Program-made: the position numbers and the translations under genes | Part shown: positions 34,999 through 45,185 of the stretch, piece after piece | Position numbering within the stretch: position 1 is the first letter of the stretch | How the letters are laid out: every line of letters begins with the position of its first letter | NCBI GenBank assembly: GCA_965206595.1 | Contig: OZ242214.1 | Coordinates: 6,432,001 to 6,496,000 of the forward strand | DNA length: 64,000 nucleotides | DNA from: Candidatus Latescibacterota bacterium | GTDB lineage: Bacteria; Latescibacterota; UBA2968; UBA8231 | Direction of reading: 5' to 3' | Notes under the pieces: model-generated | What the model saw: only the letters and a program-made list of their open reading frames with translations | Told to the model about the DNA's origin: nothing | The model's database searches: none

Positions 34999-36548
34999 AC
35001 TTCGCGCCGGCAGCGCCGGGAACCGTCTACATCGTCGGGGGCGGCCCGGGAGACCCGGGCCTGCTGACCCTCAAGGGGGCCCACCTGGTCTCCGAGGCGG
35101 ACGTGATCCTCTTCGACGACCTGCTCGACCGGCGCCTCCTCGGCCTCGCCCGCGAGGACTGCGAGCAGGTGTACGTCGGCCATCGCGGCGGCGCCGGCAG
35201 CGGCGGCGCGCGGAAACAGGAGGAGGTCAACGGACTGCTAATTCAATTGGCGCGCGCGGGCCGCCGGGTGGTGCGCCTGAAGGGGGGGGATCCCTACATC
35301 TTCGGCCGCGGCGGCGAGGAGGCGGTGGCGCTCGCCGAAGCCGGGGTGCCGTTCGAGGTGGTCTCCGGAGTGAGCGCGGCCTCCGGGGTTCCGGCGTACG
35401 CCGGCATTCCGCTGACCCACCGCAACGTCTCCGCGGCCGCGGTCCTCGTCACCGGACACGAGGACCCCGCGCGCAGCGCCCCGGGGGTCGACTGGGAGCT
35501 GCTTTCCCGGCTCGACAGCACCCTCGTCGTCTTCATGGGGTCGCGCAAGCTCGGCGAGATCGCGACGACGCTGACCCGGCACGGGCGCTCGCCCGAAACC
35601 CCCGCCGCGGCCATCGAGTGGGGGACGTGGCCGCACCAGCGCACCGTGGTCTCGACCCTGGGACAGGTCGCCGATGCCGCCAGGGACGCGGCCCTGGAGT
35701 CGCCGACCCTCGTCCTTGTGGGAGAGGTGGTCTCCCTGCGCGAGCAGCTCAACTGGTTCGAGGGGAAGCCGCTGTTCGGCCGGCGCATCCTCGTCACCCG
35801 CAGCCGCGAGCAGGCCGGCCGCCTGCAGCTGATGCTCGAGGCGGAAGGGGCCGAGGTCCCGGCGCTGCCGCTGCTGGAGATCGGCCCGCCCGCGGACTGG
35901 AGCGATCTCGACGACGCCCTCGGCCGCCTGCCGGAGTTCGCCTGGATCCTGTTCACCAGCCCCAACAGCGTCAGCTATTTCTTCGACCGCCTCGCTGCCG
36001 GGGGGATGGACGCCCGCGCCCTGGGCGGCTGCTCGATCGCCGCGGTCGGCCTGTCGACGGCGCGGCAGCTGCGCCGCCGCGGCCTGGTGCCCGACCTCGT
36101 CCCCCGGGAGCAGTCCCAGAAAGGGCTCGCCGCGGCCTTCGAGGAGGTCGCGGTCGCCGGGGCCAGCTTCCTTGTGCCTGCCTCTTCCATCGGCCGCACC
36201 GGTCTCGACGACGCCCTCGCCCGCAGGGGAGGCCGCGTTTACCGGGTCGTCGCCTACGAGAACCGCCCCCCCGACCCGGAAACCGTCGAGCTGCCCGCGG
36301 CCCTGGTCGCAAACCGGCTCGACATGATCGTCTTCGCCAGCCCTTCCTCGGTGCGCAACTTCCTCACCGTCTGCGGCCCGGAAAAGGGGAGGGCCCACCT
36401 GGCCGCAACCGCCCTCGCCTGCATCGGCCCGACCACGGCGCAGGCGGTCCGCGACCTCGGGTTCGAGGCCGCCCTGCAGCCGGCAGAGAGCAGCATTCCC
36501 GCCCTCGTGCAGGCGATCTGCACCCACTACGCCGGGGAGCGCCCGTGA
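34995..36548 (+). CDS. cobA/hemD: Fused uroporphyrinogen-III methyltransferase/synthase
   Basis: GGGPGDPGLLT, RLKGGDP, FTSPNSV, FASPSSV, CIGPTT. Confidence 0.93.
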   Translation: MNFAPAAPGTVYIVGGGPGDPGLLTLKGAHLVSEADVILFDDLLDRRLLGLAREDCEQVYVGHRGGAGSGGARKQEEVNGLLIQLARAGRRVVRLKGGDPYIFGRGGEEAVALAEAGVPFEVVSGVSAASGVPAYAGIPLTHRNVSAAAVLVTGHEDPARSAPGVDWELLSRLDSTLVVFMGSRKLGEIATTLTRHGRSPETPAAAIEWGTWPHQRTVVSTLGQVADAARDAALESPTLVLVGEVVSLREQLNWFEGKPLFGRRILVTRSREQAGRLQLMLEAEGAEVPALPLLEIGPPADWSDLDDALGRLPEFAWILFTSPNSVSYFFDRLAAGGMDARALGGCSIAAVGLSTARQLRRRGLVPDLVPREQSQKGLAAAFEEVAVAGASFLVPASSIGRTGLDDALARRGGRVYRVVAYENRPPDPETVELPAALVANRLDMIVFASPSSVRNFLTVCGPEKGRAHLAATALACIGPTTAQAVRDLGFEAALQPAESSIPALVQAICTHYAGERP

Positions 36549-37567
36549 GCCCGGAGCGCTACCCCGCCGGCAAGCTCCCCGCGGAGCTGCTCGGGCGCAT
36601 GCTCTCCCGCTACGCTGCGCGGGAGGACGAACGCCTGCTAGTTCCCCCCGGCATCGGCGAGGACGCCGCCGTCATCCGCTTCGGGGACCGCTGCGTGGTC
36701 GCCAAGACCGACCCCATCACCTTCGCCACCGACGAGGCCGGCTGGTACGCCGTCCACGTCAACGCCAACGACGTCGCCGCCATGGGAGCGACCCCACGCT
36801 TCTTCCTCGCCTCCGTCATCCTCCCCGAGGAGCAGGCGACGGAAGCCCTGGTCGAATCGGTGTTCCGCTCGATCGACGAGGCGGCGCGGCAGTTGGGGAT
36901 CACAGTATGCGGCGGCCACACCGAGATCACCCGCGGCATCGACCGGCCCATCGTCGTCGGGCAGATGCTCGGGGACGTCGACTGCGGAAAGGTGGTGCGC
37001 TCCTCCGGCATGGTGCCGGGAGACGCGGTGCTGCTCACCAAGGGGATGGCGGTCGAGGCCACCGCCATCATCGCGCGGGAAAAGCGCGGGGAGCTGGAGG
37101 AACGGGGGTTCGACACCGGCTTCCTCGATGGCTGCGCCGGGTATCTGCGCGACCCCGGCATCAGCGTGGTTCGGGACGCCGCGATCGCTACCGGGACGGC
37201 AGAGGTGCACGCCATGCACGACCCGACCGAAGGGGGGGTCGCCACCGGTCTGGCCGAGATCGCAGCCGCTTCCGAAGTCGGCCTCGAGGTGTTCGGGGAC
37301 CGCCTGCGCTGCAGCGACGAATCGCGGCGCCTGTGCGCCGAGTACGGCCTCGACCCGTTCGGGGCGATCTCCTCAGGCGCCCTTTTGATCGGCTGCCCGC
37401 AGGAGGCGGCGGACCCAATCCTGGCGGCGCTGGCCGAAGCGGGGATCGGCGCCGGGATCGGCGCCCGTGCGGTCGACCTGGCCGCCGGTCTGCAGCTGCG
37501 CCGCGGCGGGCGTCTCGAACCGATGCCCCGGTACGAGGTCGACGAGATCACCCGCCTGTTCGGCTAG
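36545..37567 (+). CDS. AIR synthase-related (HypE-like) protein
   Basis: GKLP, GEDAA, KTDPIT, VNANDVA, GGHTE, MHDPTEGG. Confidence 0.85.
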   Translation: MSPERYPAGKLPAELLGRMLSRYAAREDERLLVPPGIGEDAAVIRFGDRCVVAKTDPITFATDEAGWYAVHVNANDVAAMGATPRFFLASVILPEEQATEALVESVFRSIDEAARQLGITVCGGHTEITRGIDRPIVVGQMLGDVDCGKVVRSSGMVPGDAVLLTKGMAVEATAIIAREKRGELEERGFDTGFLDGCAGYLRDPGISVVRDAAIATGTAEVHAMHDPTEGGVATGLAEIAAASEVGLEVFGDRLRCSDESRRLCAEYGLDPFGAISSGALLIGCPQEAADPILAALAEAGIGAGIGARAVDLAAGLQLRRGGRLEPMPRYEVDEITRLFG

Positions 37568-37731
37568 GGCCTGCTCGGCATCTGTCCGCAGCAGGGCGTC
37601 AAGCCTGAACTCCCTCGCAGAATCTCCATTTGGGGAAAAATCCAGCGATCTAGCGCCTGAGACGGGCGCGGCTTCTTTCGAGTAGAATCGAGCTTGAAGG
37701 AGGAGGGGCGGGCGGCGGCCCGTCGGCGAAA

Positions 37732-37766
37732 CCGTATATAATACGGGAGCACCGTATTATATACGG
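37732..37766. promoter_or_regulatory. Tandem palindromic operator, CCGTAT-N3-ATACGG x2 (putative activator binding site)
   Basis: CCGTATATAATACGG-GAGCA-CCGTATTATATACGG; same core at 43502-43522. Confidence 0.7.
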
Positions 37767-37817
37767 CAGGACCGGAAAGCTGGTGCCACCAAGACGAGTT
37801 GATGGCGGCGAAAAGAA

Positions 37818-38672
37818 GAACCTATCTCAAAATTGAAATTGTTTAAGCAAAATCAAAATGGATGCAAGTTGGACGAAGCCAAGAAAATTCTCCGGATACA
37901 ATTCCCAGCGAGTGATCACTCGACGCTGCCATTGAAGCCAAGCAAAGAATCTCTCAACCATCCAAGGCCGCACATAACGCCGCAATCGCCGTCCATCCTG
38001 AGTCTTTTTCTTGGTCCGATTCTGGCGATGCGGGGCGATCATCTCGATCCCGTCTTTCTTAAGCTCTTCATCCAACGAATCGCTGTCGTACGCCTTGTCG
38101 CCGATCAAGTTGTCAGGTTGGTCTTCGATGAGGTAAAAGTCAAAGGTCAACTGAACCAGCGTCACTTCATGATGGTTCGCTGCATGCGTGCTCACCGACA
38201 AGGGAAGCCCATTGCCGTCCACGATCCCCATGACCCGCACCCCCTTACCTCGCCTGGTGTGGCCGATATCGGCACCTCCACCCTTGGCCGCCGAGAACAT
38301 GCCGTCGATGAAAGCCTCCGATTCGTCCAAGCCCCCTTGCTCGTGAAGGGTCTGGGCCAGGTCCATGAGAACTTCGCGTACCACCCCTTGACGACACCCG
38401 TTTTGAAAACGGCGATGCACGGTTTTGTAGTTCGGATAGCACGGCGGCAACATATGCCATTGAGCCCCGGTGTTTAGAATCCAAAGAACGGCTTCAAAAA
38501 CATCACGGGTGCAAACCGGTTTGCGACCCCGGATGGCTCTTGGGACGAAGTTCTTCAGGAAAGTGATGCCGGATTCGTTGCCATTGCATGTCGGTCAGGT
38601 TGACCATACACCAATGGTACATCACTGTCATTTCGAAAACAAGTTTAAGTTTGCCTATTTTGAGATAGGTTC
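37818..38672 (-). mobile_element. IS5-family insertion sequence, 855 bp
   Basis: Perfect 16-bp terminal IRs GAACCTATCTCAAAAT (37818-37833, 38657-38672), flanking AAGAA duplication, lower GC. Confidence 0.92.
37827..38607 (-). CDS. IS5 transposase (frameshift ~38530)
   Basis: MVNLTDMQWQRI.../GRKP..VLWILNTGAQW, IDG, GDKAYDS, VERFFAWL. Confidence 0.88.
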
Positions 38673-38703
38673 AAGAAAAAGTGGTGTTAGTCAGCCACCG
38701 CAA

Positions 38704-38775
38704 AAACAACAGGTTACGAAAACTACAAACGCCAATTCATGGGCTCCCCGGCCATGTTCAGGCACGCCTTTTGCG
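38704..38775 (+). promoter_or_regulatory. IHF-like site plus sigma-54 promoter
   Basis: AAACAACAGGTTA 38704-38716; AGGCACGCCTTTTGCG 38760-38775. Confidence 0.75.
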
Positions 38776-38847
38776 AGTCTTCGAAATCGACAGGGAAAGG
38801 GGGAGCCTGTCGGGCCCATGCCCGGGCAGAACAAGGAGGAGAAACAG

Positions 38848-39831
38848 ATGCTTTTTTCCGTCACAACGAATCGGTGGAGCATGGCCCTCGTCCTGCTCAT
38901 CGGGCCGGCCCTGTCGGCCGAAGCCCACGTCGGCGGTCGAGTGTTCCCGATTCCCGAACTCACCGACGAAATGCTGGCCGAGATCCAGCTCGACGGCTTC
39001 GTGGAGGAGTGGTCGGATCTGATCGGCGAACCGACCCTGACCCTGCTTGACTTCACCCACGGAGGGGGGGGGGGGGGGAGCCTCGATCCGTCGGATATCG
39101 ACTTCCGGATCTGGCTGGCCTGGCACGATGATCCGGCTCGTATCTATGCAGCCTTGGTGGTCGCCGATGACGTTTACAAGAATACTCACACTTACGATGT
39201 GGATTGGGCCACCTCACTAAAAAGTAGCATGGTTGGCGGCAACGACAGTATTCGCCTTGGAGTCGACGGAGATCACAGCGGCGGTCCCGGGTTTGTTGAT
39301 CAATCATTCGAAACAAAGGAACTCGCGGAGGCCGAACTCGTGAAGGTCTCTGGGAAGACCCAGATGTATGAGGCCATTTCCCGCACTCCTGATGGACCGA
39401 CCGTGGATGCCCGGAGATCCAGGTACTGGAGCGGGGTCTTCTCCTGGATGGCCCTTCCTCCCTTCGCGGAGGCCGGCGGCAGGGTAGCCGGAGAAACGCC
39501 GGTCATCTGGTCGATCGAGCTGTACATCACGCCGTTCGACCACAGGGGGGAGGAGTTGACCAGCCCCGAAGGGAGTGTGATAAGCGATCTGAGCGCCGAT
39601 CGGTTCATCGGCTTCGCGATTGGGGTGTTTGATGAGGACGGGCGGGATCCTCATACGGAACCAAGGAGGTTGATACCGGAAGCCTTGGCGGGTCCCGATC
39701 ATGAAGTTTTTTCCGATATGTCTGATTTTCGCGCCGACAATTTTCTCGATGGGCTGCTGCTGCCGGCTGGAGGCACTGCGGTCGAGTCGGTTACCTGGGG
39801 CCGGATCAAGGCTTCCCTGGAACTGAAGTAG
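38848..39831 (+). CDS. Secreted CBM9/DOMON-like protein with WGRIKA C-terminal motif (paralog 1)
   Basis: RBS AAGGAGG, signal peptide AEA|H, AWHDDPARIY..V.DD and DSI.L.VDGD motifs, VESVTWGRIKASLELK. Confidence 0.8.
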   Translation: MLFSVTTNRWSMALVLLIGPALSAEAHVGGRVFPIPELTDEMLAEIQLDGFVEEWSDLIGEPTLTLLDFTHGGGGGGSLDPSDIDFRIWLAWHDDPARIYAALVVADDVYKNTHTYDVDWATSLKSSMVGGNDSIRLGVDGDHSGGPGFVDQSFETKELAEAELVKVSGKTQMYEAISRTPDGPTVDARRSRYWSGVFSWMALPPFAEAGGRVAGETPVIWSIELYITPFDHRGEELTSPEGSVISDLSADRFIGFAIGVFDEDGRDPHTEPRRLIPEALAGPDHEVFSDMSDFRADNFLDGLLLPAGGTAVESVTWGRIKASLELK

Positions 39832-40183
39832 CCGGCGTATCGTCCGGTCCATTTCGCAGCCTTCCTTTCAAGCCCTCGTAACATTGGCTTTCCCTAAAGC
39901 ATTCCTTCCGGCTTGGCCCTTTCCAGCCCTCCTTCTACTGAACGCACGCCTGGACCGCTCAAGCTGACCGTCTTCCTTTCGCTATGTTCGCTCCTGTGGC
40001 AGCCCCCCGCCGTGGCCCCCTACATGGAATAGAATGAACCGATGGTTAAGCAGCTGGCTGGCTGACTGGTAATCCAGGTAAGGTGGGGGAAAAACATCCG
40101 CCCCATTGTGCTGCCACACTGGCGAATCGCCAAACCGAAGACACCGAGGGGCGCGTCGGGTAGAGCCCCGTTCAAGACCGCTT

Positions 40184-43100
40184 CTATGGTTTTTCCAGCT
40201 TGTATACACGCATGCGGGAACGCAACCGCTCCTCCTTCATGCCCAATAAAGCAGCCGCGCCCTTCGGCCCATAAATGACCCCATCGGTTGTCTGCAGGGC
40301 TTCCAGGATCTGTTGCTTTTCAGTCTTGAAGACCGTGCCGGCTTCCATTCCCTCAACCTGATCGACCGGCGGGGCGGACGTCCGCGACGAAACAGGTCCA
40401 TCCCCGTCCCGGCCATCATCTAGGAATACATCCTCGAGTTGCAAGACAGGATTCCGGCACACGATCACCGCCCGCTGCATCATGTGCTCCAGCTCACGCA
40501 CGTTCCCCGGCCAGGGATACTCCTGAAAGCGCCTCAATGCCTCGGGGCTCAGAGACGGCACCGGCCACCCCAACTCCCCGGCAAACCGGTTCGCGAAGTA
40601 GGCCGCGAGGAACGGTATTTCCTCGCGGCGGTCCCGCAGGGGCGGGATTTTCACCGGGAACACGTTCAGGCGGTGGAACAGGTCTTCCCGGAACTCCCTT
40701 TTGGAGATGGCCTCATTCAAATCCCGGTTGGTCGCCGCAACCACCCGGACATCCACCTTGACAGGGGCCTGCCCGCCGACGCGGGTCAGGCGGCCCTCTT
40801 CCAAAACGTGGAGCAGAACCCTTTGGGCCTCCAAGGGCAGGTCCCCGATTTCATCGAGGAACAGGGTGCCCCCGTGCGCCTGTTCGAACCGGCCTTTCTT
40901 CGATTCTACCGCGTTGGTAAAGGCGCCCTTTTCATGGCCGAACAGTTCGCTTTCCACCAACCCCGGGGGCAGGCCTCCGCAGTTGACCGGGATAAAGGGA
41001 TGCCCCCGGCGCGGACTCGCGGCGTGAATGTGCTTGGCGAGCACCCCCTTGCCCACCCCGGTCTCCCCCAGCACCAGCACTATTGCATCGGTTTCGGCCA
41101 CCTGTTCTGCCAGTTTCAGGACCCGGGACATGACCGGACTGTTTTTGAGCATGTCCTGCCGCGAGGTCCATGGCATATGCTCCAGTTCCGGGCCGGGTGC
41201 GCCTTCCTCCTCCGCAACCACCTGCACCTCCAGGCTGACCGCGTCCGACATCAGGCCGTCCCGGTCCATGGCCCGCACCTCGAAGCGGAACCCGCCCGCA
41301 GGCAGAGCGGAGAACGAAACCCGGTTGGCGGGAGTGAACCTGCTCCAGGATTCGGCCGGGCCATGACCGACGAGCCGGTGGCTGTAGCGCATCTGCGCGG
41401 CCCCGGTTCTGAAACTGATGCCCTGAAACTCGATTCGAACCTCGCGGGTGCTGTCCGGGCAGGACACGGCCCGGGGGGCCTTGAAGAGACGCCCGGCCTC
41501 GACCCGGCCGATCACCAGGGCAGGCGGCACCTGGCCGGGCAGGTACGCGATGAGACCCGCACCCGTGCCGAACCAAAGCTGGCCGTCGCTGGCGCGCAGG
41601 ATGTCCTCGACCACGTTCTCCAGGCTGGCGTTCCCCAGGCGAAGGGTCTGGAAAGCATGCGCGTCGTACTTCATCACCCCCCCGCCGCTCGTGCCGACCC
41701 ACAGGCACCTTTTCTCCGGGTCGGCCGCCAGACAAGAGGATGCCATTGACGGATAAATCCCCCTGGTCCACGGTAAACCGGCGAACTCGCCCGGCGGTGA
41801 AATCAAGGACGAACAGGCCGTTGTTGGCCGTGCCCACCCAGAGCCTGTCTTCGTGCTCGCACAGGGCAGTCACTTGAGATACGGCCTCCAACCCGGCCAT
41901 TGCCGGCGGCTGAAAGCGGCCGTCCTCGTACCGGTACAGCGCCGGGGCGGTCCCCTCGGTGCCGGCCCAGACGGCACCGTCCCGGGCCGGCAGCACGGCG
42001 CGGCACTCGTGGGGCAGCCCTTCTGCCAACGAGTTGAACCGGTCGGCTTCTATCCGCCCCAGGCGCCCCCGGGAGGTGCCGGCCCATACACGCCCGCGGC
42101 CGTCCGCGCGCAGGGCCGTGACTTCTTCCCCGGAGCCGGTTTCGGCCACCTCGATCGCTCGGGATTCCTTTCCCGTCCACTTGAATACCTTGCCCTCCGG
42201 GCTTCCACTCCAAACCGGCCCCGGACCCTCCGCCACCAGCGCCGAGACCATGGGCCCGTTCTCCACCGTACGGATGCGGTCGTCTTCCAGGCAGGCCAAG
42301 CCCCCCATGGTGCCGATCCACAGCCGCCCCGTCCCGTCTTCGTCCAGGCACCGAACCTCGTTGTCGGGCAGACCGTCGTCTTCCGTGTACAACTGCACGC
42401 TGACCGGATCGCAGAAGAGCAGCCCGCCGCCCCACAGTCCTATCCAGATGTTTCCCTCGCGGTCCTCGTAGGTCAGCCGCGTGTCCGAGAAATGGGTACC
42501 TTGCAAGCGGGCCGAAAACGGATGCCAGGTCTGTCCGTCGTACACCAGGACCCCCCGGCGAGCCATCCACAGCCAGCCCCTGTCGTCCTGGCGCACATGC
42601 CGCGTGCCGTGCTGGACGACTTCACCGCTCTCGACCTCATGGTCCACCTCGATCAGGTCGAGCTGTTGGCGCTGGGGGTCGTAACGGCCGATAACGGCTT
42701 CGCTGCCCACGTAGCGGAAGCCGATCCACAGACCGCCGGAGGCGTCCAGGGCGAACTTCCAGGGCCACTGCATGGCGGTTTCCCCGGTGCCCAGATGCCC
42801 GTTCATGGGCTGACCTTCCAGATCGATGATCCCCCGCTCCCGCGACGCCAGCCAGGTCGTACCCGCCCCGTCGGTGGCCATGTCGTATACCGCTCCGAGG
42901 GGTTGGTCAGCAAGGTCGGTCACAGGCTCCAGGCACCGCCCCTCGACAAAGCGGGCGATCCCGTTCCCGGTCAGCACCTGTACCGAGCCGTCCGCCTGGG
43001 GGTGCAGGCTCAATATGTCGTTGGAGGGCAGTCCGTCCCCGGTGGTGTATACCTGAAACCCCTGCCCGTCGAAAGCGGCCCGCCCGCCCCCGAGAGTCCC

Positions 43101-43385
43101 GAACAACAGGCGCCCGTCCTCGTCCTCGGCGATGGTCATCGCGTTGAGATGGGGAAGCCCGTTCGAGGGACCGAAGGTCTCGAACCGGGCCCCGTCGAAG
43201 CGGCTGACCCCGCCGTCCGCGGTGGCGACCCAGAGGAGCCCCCGGCGGTCCTGGTAGATGTCTTCCACGTGCATCCCGGCCAGCCCGTCGAAGACGGTGT
43301 ACTGGCGCCCGAGCATATGATCGAAAGCCACCCGCCCACCCGCGACCCGGGTGGATGGGGAAAGGGGTTCGGGTGCCTGGTTCAT
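40184..43385 (-). CDS. Beta-propeller (two-component-regulator-type repeats)/Y_Y_Y domain fused to a sigma-54 AAA+-HTH activator (frameshift ~41735; start uncertain)
   Basis: Repeated DGL...I.ED..G.LW.GT motifs, YSHRL...W...F..L..G.F.FEVRA, GETGVGKG, GAFTNA, WPGNVRELE. Confidence 0.85.
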
Positions 43386-43501
43386 TTTCGCCTTCGTTCT
43401 CTTTGTGAATGCAAGGGGATTGCTACCTGAGGACCGTACCGATAAGGAAGAACGATAGCAGGAGCAAGCAGCCGCCGACGTCTGGCCGCTGCCCATCGGA
43501 G

Positions 43502-43668
43502 AAGTCGTATTAAATACGACTTGAGATCGAGGAGCCGGTGGCGACAGGGACGAGTCGAGGTTGGCCAAAATAAAAAATGGTGTTATAAGAGTAAGTAAAA
43601 ACAACGAGTTATGTCACCATTGGCACAATTAATTGAGCTGCAGACCATGTAAAGGCACGCTTATTGCG
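43502..43668 (+). promoter_or_regulatory. Palindromic activator box, IHF-like site and sigma-54 promoter
   Basis: AAGTCGTAT-TAA-ATACGACTT 43502-43522; AAACAACGAGTTA ~43599-43611; AGGCACGCTTATTGCG 43653-43668. Confidence 0.8.
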
Positions 43669-43727
43669 TAATATCTGGATGAACCGGGGTAGCGACAGGC
43701 GCGACCCCGGAAACAAAGGAGGCAGTA

Positions 43728-43955
43728 ATGTCGCATCTTGCGAAGTACATCGTCGCCGTTCTGCTGGGCGCAGGGGTCCTGCTGGGCGGTGCATCCCTCG
43801 TGGACGCCCACTCCAAGAGTGAGAGTTGGTGGAGCCACTACCAGTACGCCCAGACCGAGAGCCTGTGCGCCTACGAGTGCGCGCTGAAGAACCACGATAG
43901 TTACGACTGGGACTGCGATGATGATGGTGATCACGCATGCTCCTGCAGGTACTGA
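43728..43955 (+). CDS. Small secreted Cys/Asp-rich peptide
   Basis: RBS AAGGAGG, hydrophobic signal peptide VDA|H, 5 Cys; first ORF after the sigma-54 promoter. Confidence 0.65.
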   Translation: MSHLAKYIVAVLLGAGVLLGGASLVDAHSKSESWWSHYQYAQTESLCAYECALKNHDSYDWDCDDDGDHACSCRY

Positions 43956-44136
43956 CTGCCAGGACTCGGAACCGCGCCCAGGCCTGCGCCCGGATGAAGA
44001 GTGCGCCAACGCCCTTGACCATGGGGCGTTGGCGCACCGTACACACCGATTTCGTGGAAAGAAACAAACGGGTCTTGCCGGACTCGATGAATCGTCCGGC
44101 GATCCGGTGACTTGTGACCAGGGAGAAAAAGACAAG

Positions 44137-45081
44137 ATGACCTGCATCCAGATAAAAAAGCAGTTGTCCCCTGCAGTGAGCCTGCTCATGCTGGTGGCAC
44201 TGGCGGCTGGCCTGTCTGCCCGGGCAGACGCCCACAGCGGCGGCCGCGTGTACCCGATTGCCTATCTCAGCGACGAGATGCTGGCCGAAATCCGGCTCGA
44301 CGACGGCCGCATAGACGAATGGATCGAGCTGGTAGGCGAGCCGGCCATGACCCTGCTGGATTTTTCAGAAGACCAGGGGTTCCCACTTGATCCGTCCAAC
44401 TTGGACTTCCAGATCTGGTTGGGTTGGCACGACGACCCTGCACGCATTTATGCAGCCTGCGTGGCCAGCGATGACGTGTACATGAACACCCACGACTACG
44501 ATGCAGTTCGGGGATCTCTTCGAGGTAATATTGAAATGCATGACAGTGTGGCCCTCGCAATCGATGGAGATCACAGCGGGGGTGTGGGCACCGACAATAC
44601 ATCACGCGAGCAATCAATGCAGGTCCATAGTGAAACTCAATACTATGAGGCCATCGCCCGCACCGTGAGCGGCCCGACTCTGGATGACATCCTCATCAGG
44701 CCCTGGACGGTCCTGCCCCCCTATGGGGAAGGGGGAGGAGGGGTCTTCGGAGAAGCGCCCGTCATCAGCGTGATCGAGCTGTATGTAACGCCGTTCGACC
44801 ATTTGGAGGAAGATAACCCCGAGGGGAGCGTGGTCAGCGATCTGACCGCGGGGAAGGTCATCGGTTTTGCCATTATGATAAGTGACTGGGACCAGGAAGA
44901 TTGGAAACGTATCTGGACACCCGAAGCCATGCAATCTGAAACTAATGATACCCGAATCGACATAACTCGCCGTCGTGCTGATCGCTTTCTCGATGGGATT
45001 CTGCTGTCCCCGAACTCGACCGAACCGGAAGGCACTGTGGTCGAGTGGACAACCTGGGGCAGAATCAAGGCCTCCCTTTGA
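44137..45081 (+). CDS. Secreted CBM9/DOMON-like WGRIKA protein (paralog 2)
   Basis: ADA|HSGGRVYPI...VEWTTWGRIKASL; an extra T near 45077 truncates the EME tail. Confidence 0.8.
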   Translation: MTCIQIKKQLSPAVSLLMLVALAAGLSARADAHSGGRVYPIAYLSDEMLAEIRLDDGRIDEWIELVGEPAMTLLDFSEDQGFPLDPSNLDFQIWLGWHDDPARIYAACVASDDVYMNTHDYDAVRGSLRGNIEMHDSVALAIDGDHSGGVGTDNTSREQSMQVHSETQYYEAIARTVSGPTLDDILIRPWTVLPPYGEGGGGVFGEAPVISVIELYVTPFDHLEEDNPEGSVVSDLTAGKVIGFAIMISDWDQEDWKRIWTPEAMQSETNDTRIDITRRRADRFLDGILLSPNSTEPEGTVVEWTTWGRIKASL

Positions 45082-45091
45082 GATGGAATAG

Positions 45092-45185
45092 CATGCGTTT
45101 CGGGCACTTCGTCCATCCGAAGTCGTTCCAGGCGGCCCGATAGGTCGTCCGGCGATATCCGTTCTTGAACTAAGGAGAGTAGCCG
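45092..45185. repeat. Structured intergenic repeat, copy 1
   Basis: Near-identical to 46164-46259; two hairpins. Confidence 0.85.

Noticed and set aside
43621-43637. TGGCACAATTAATTGAG as a second sigma-54 promoter
   Set aside because: Lacks GC at the -12 position
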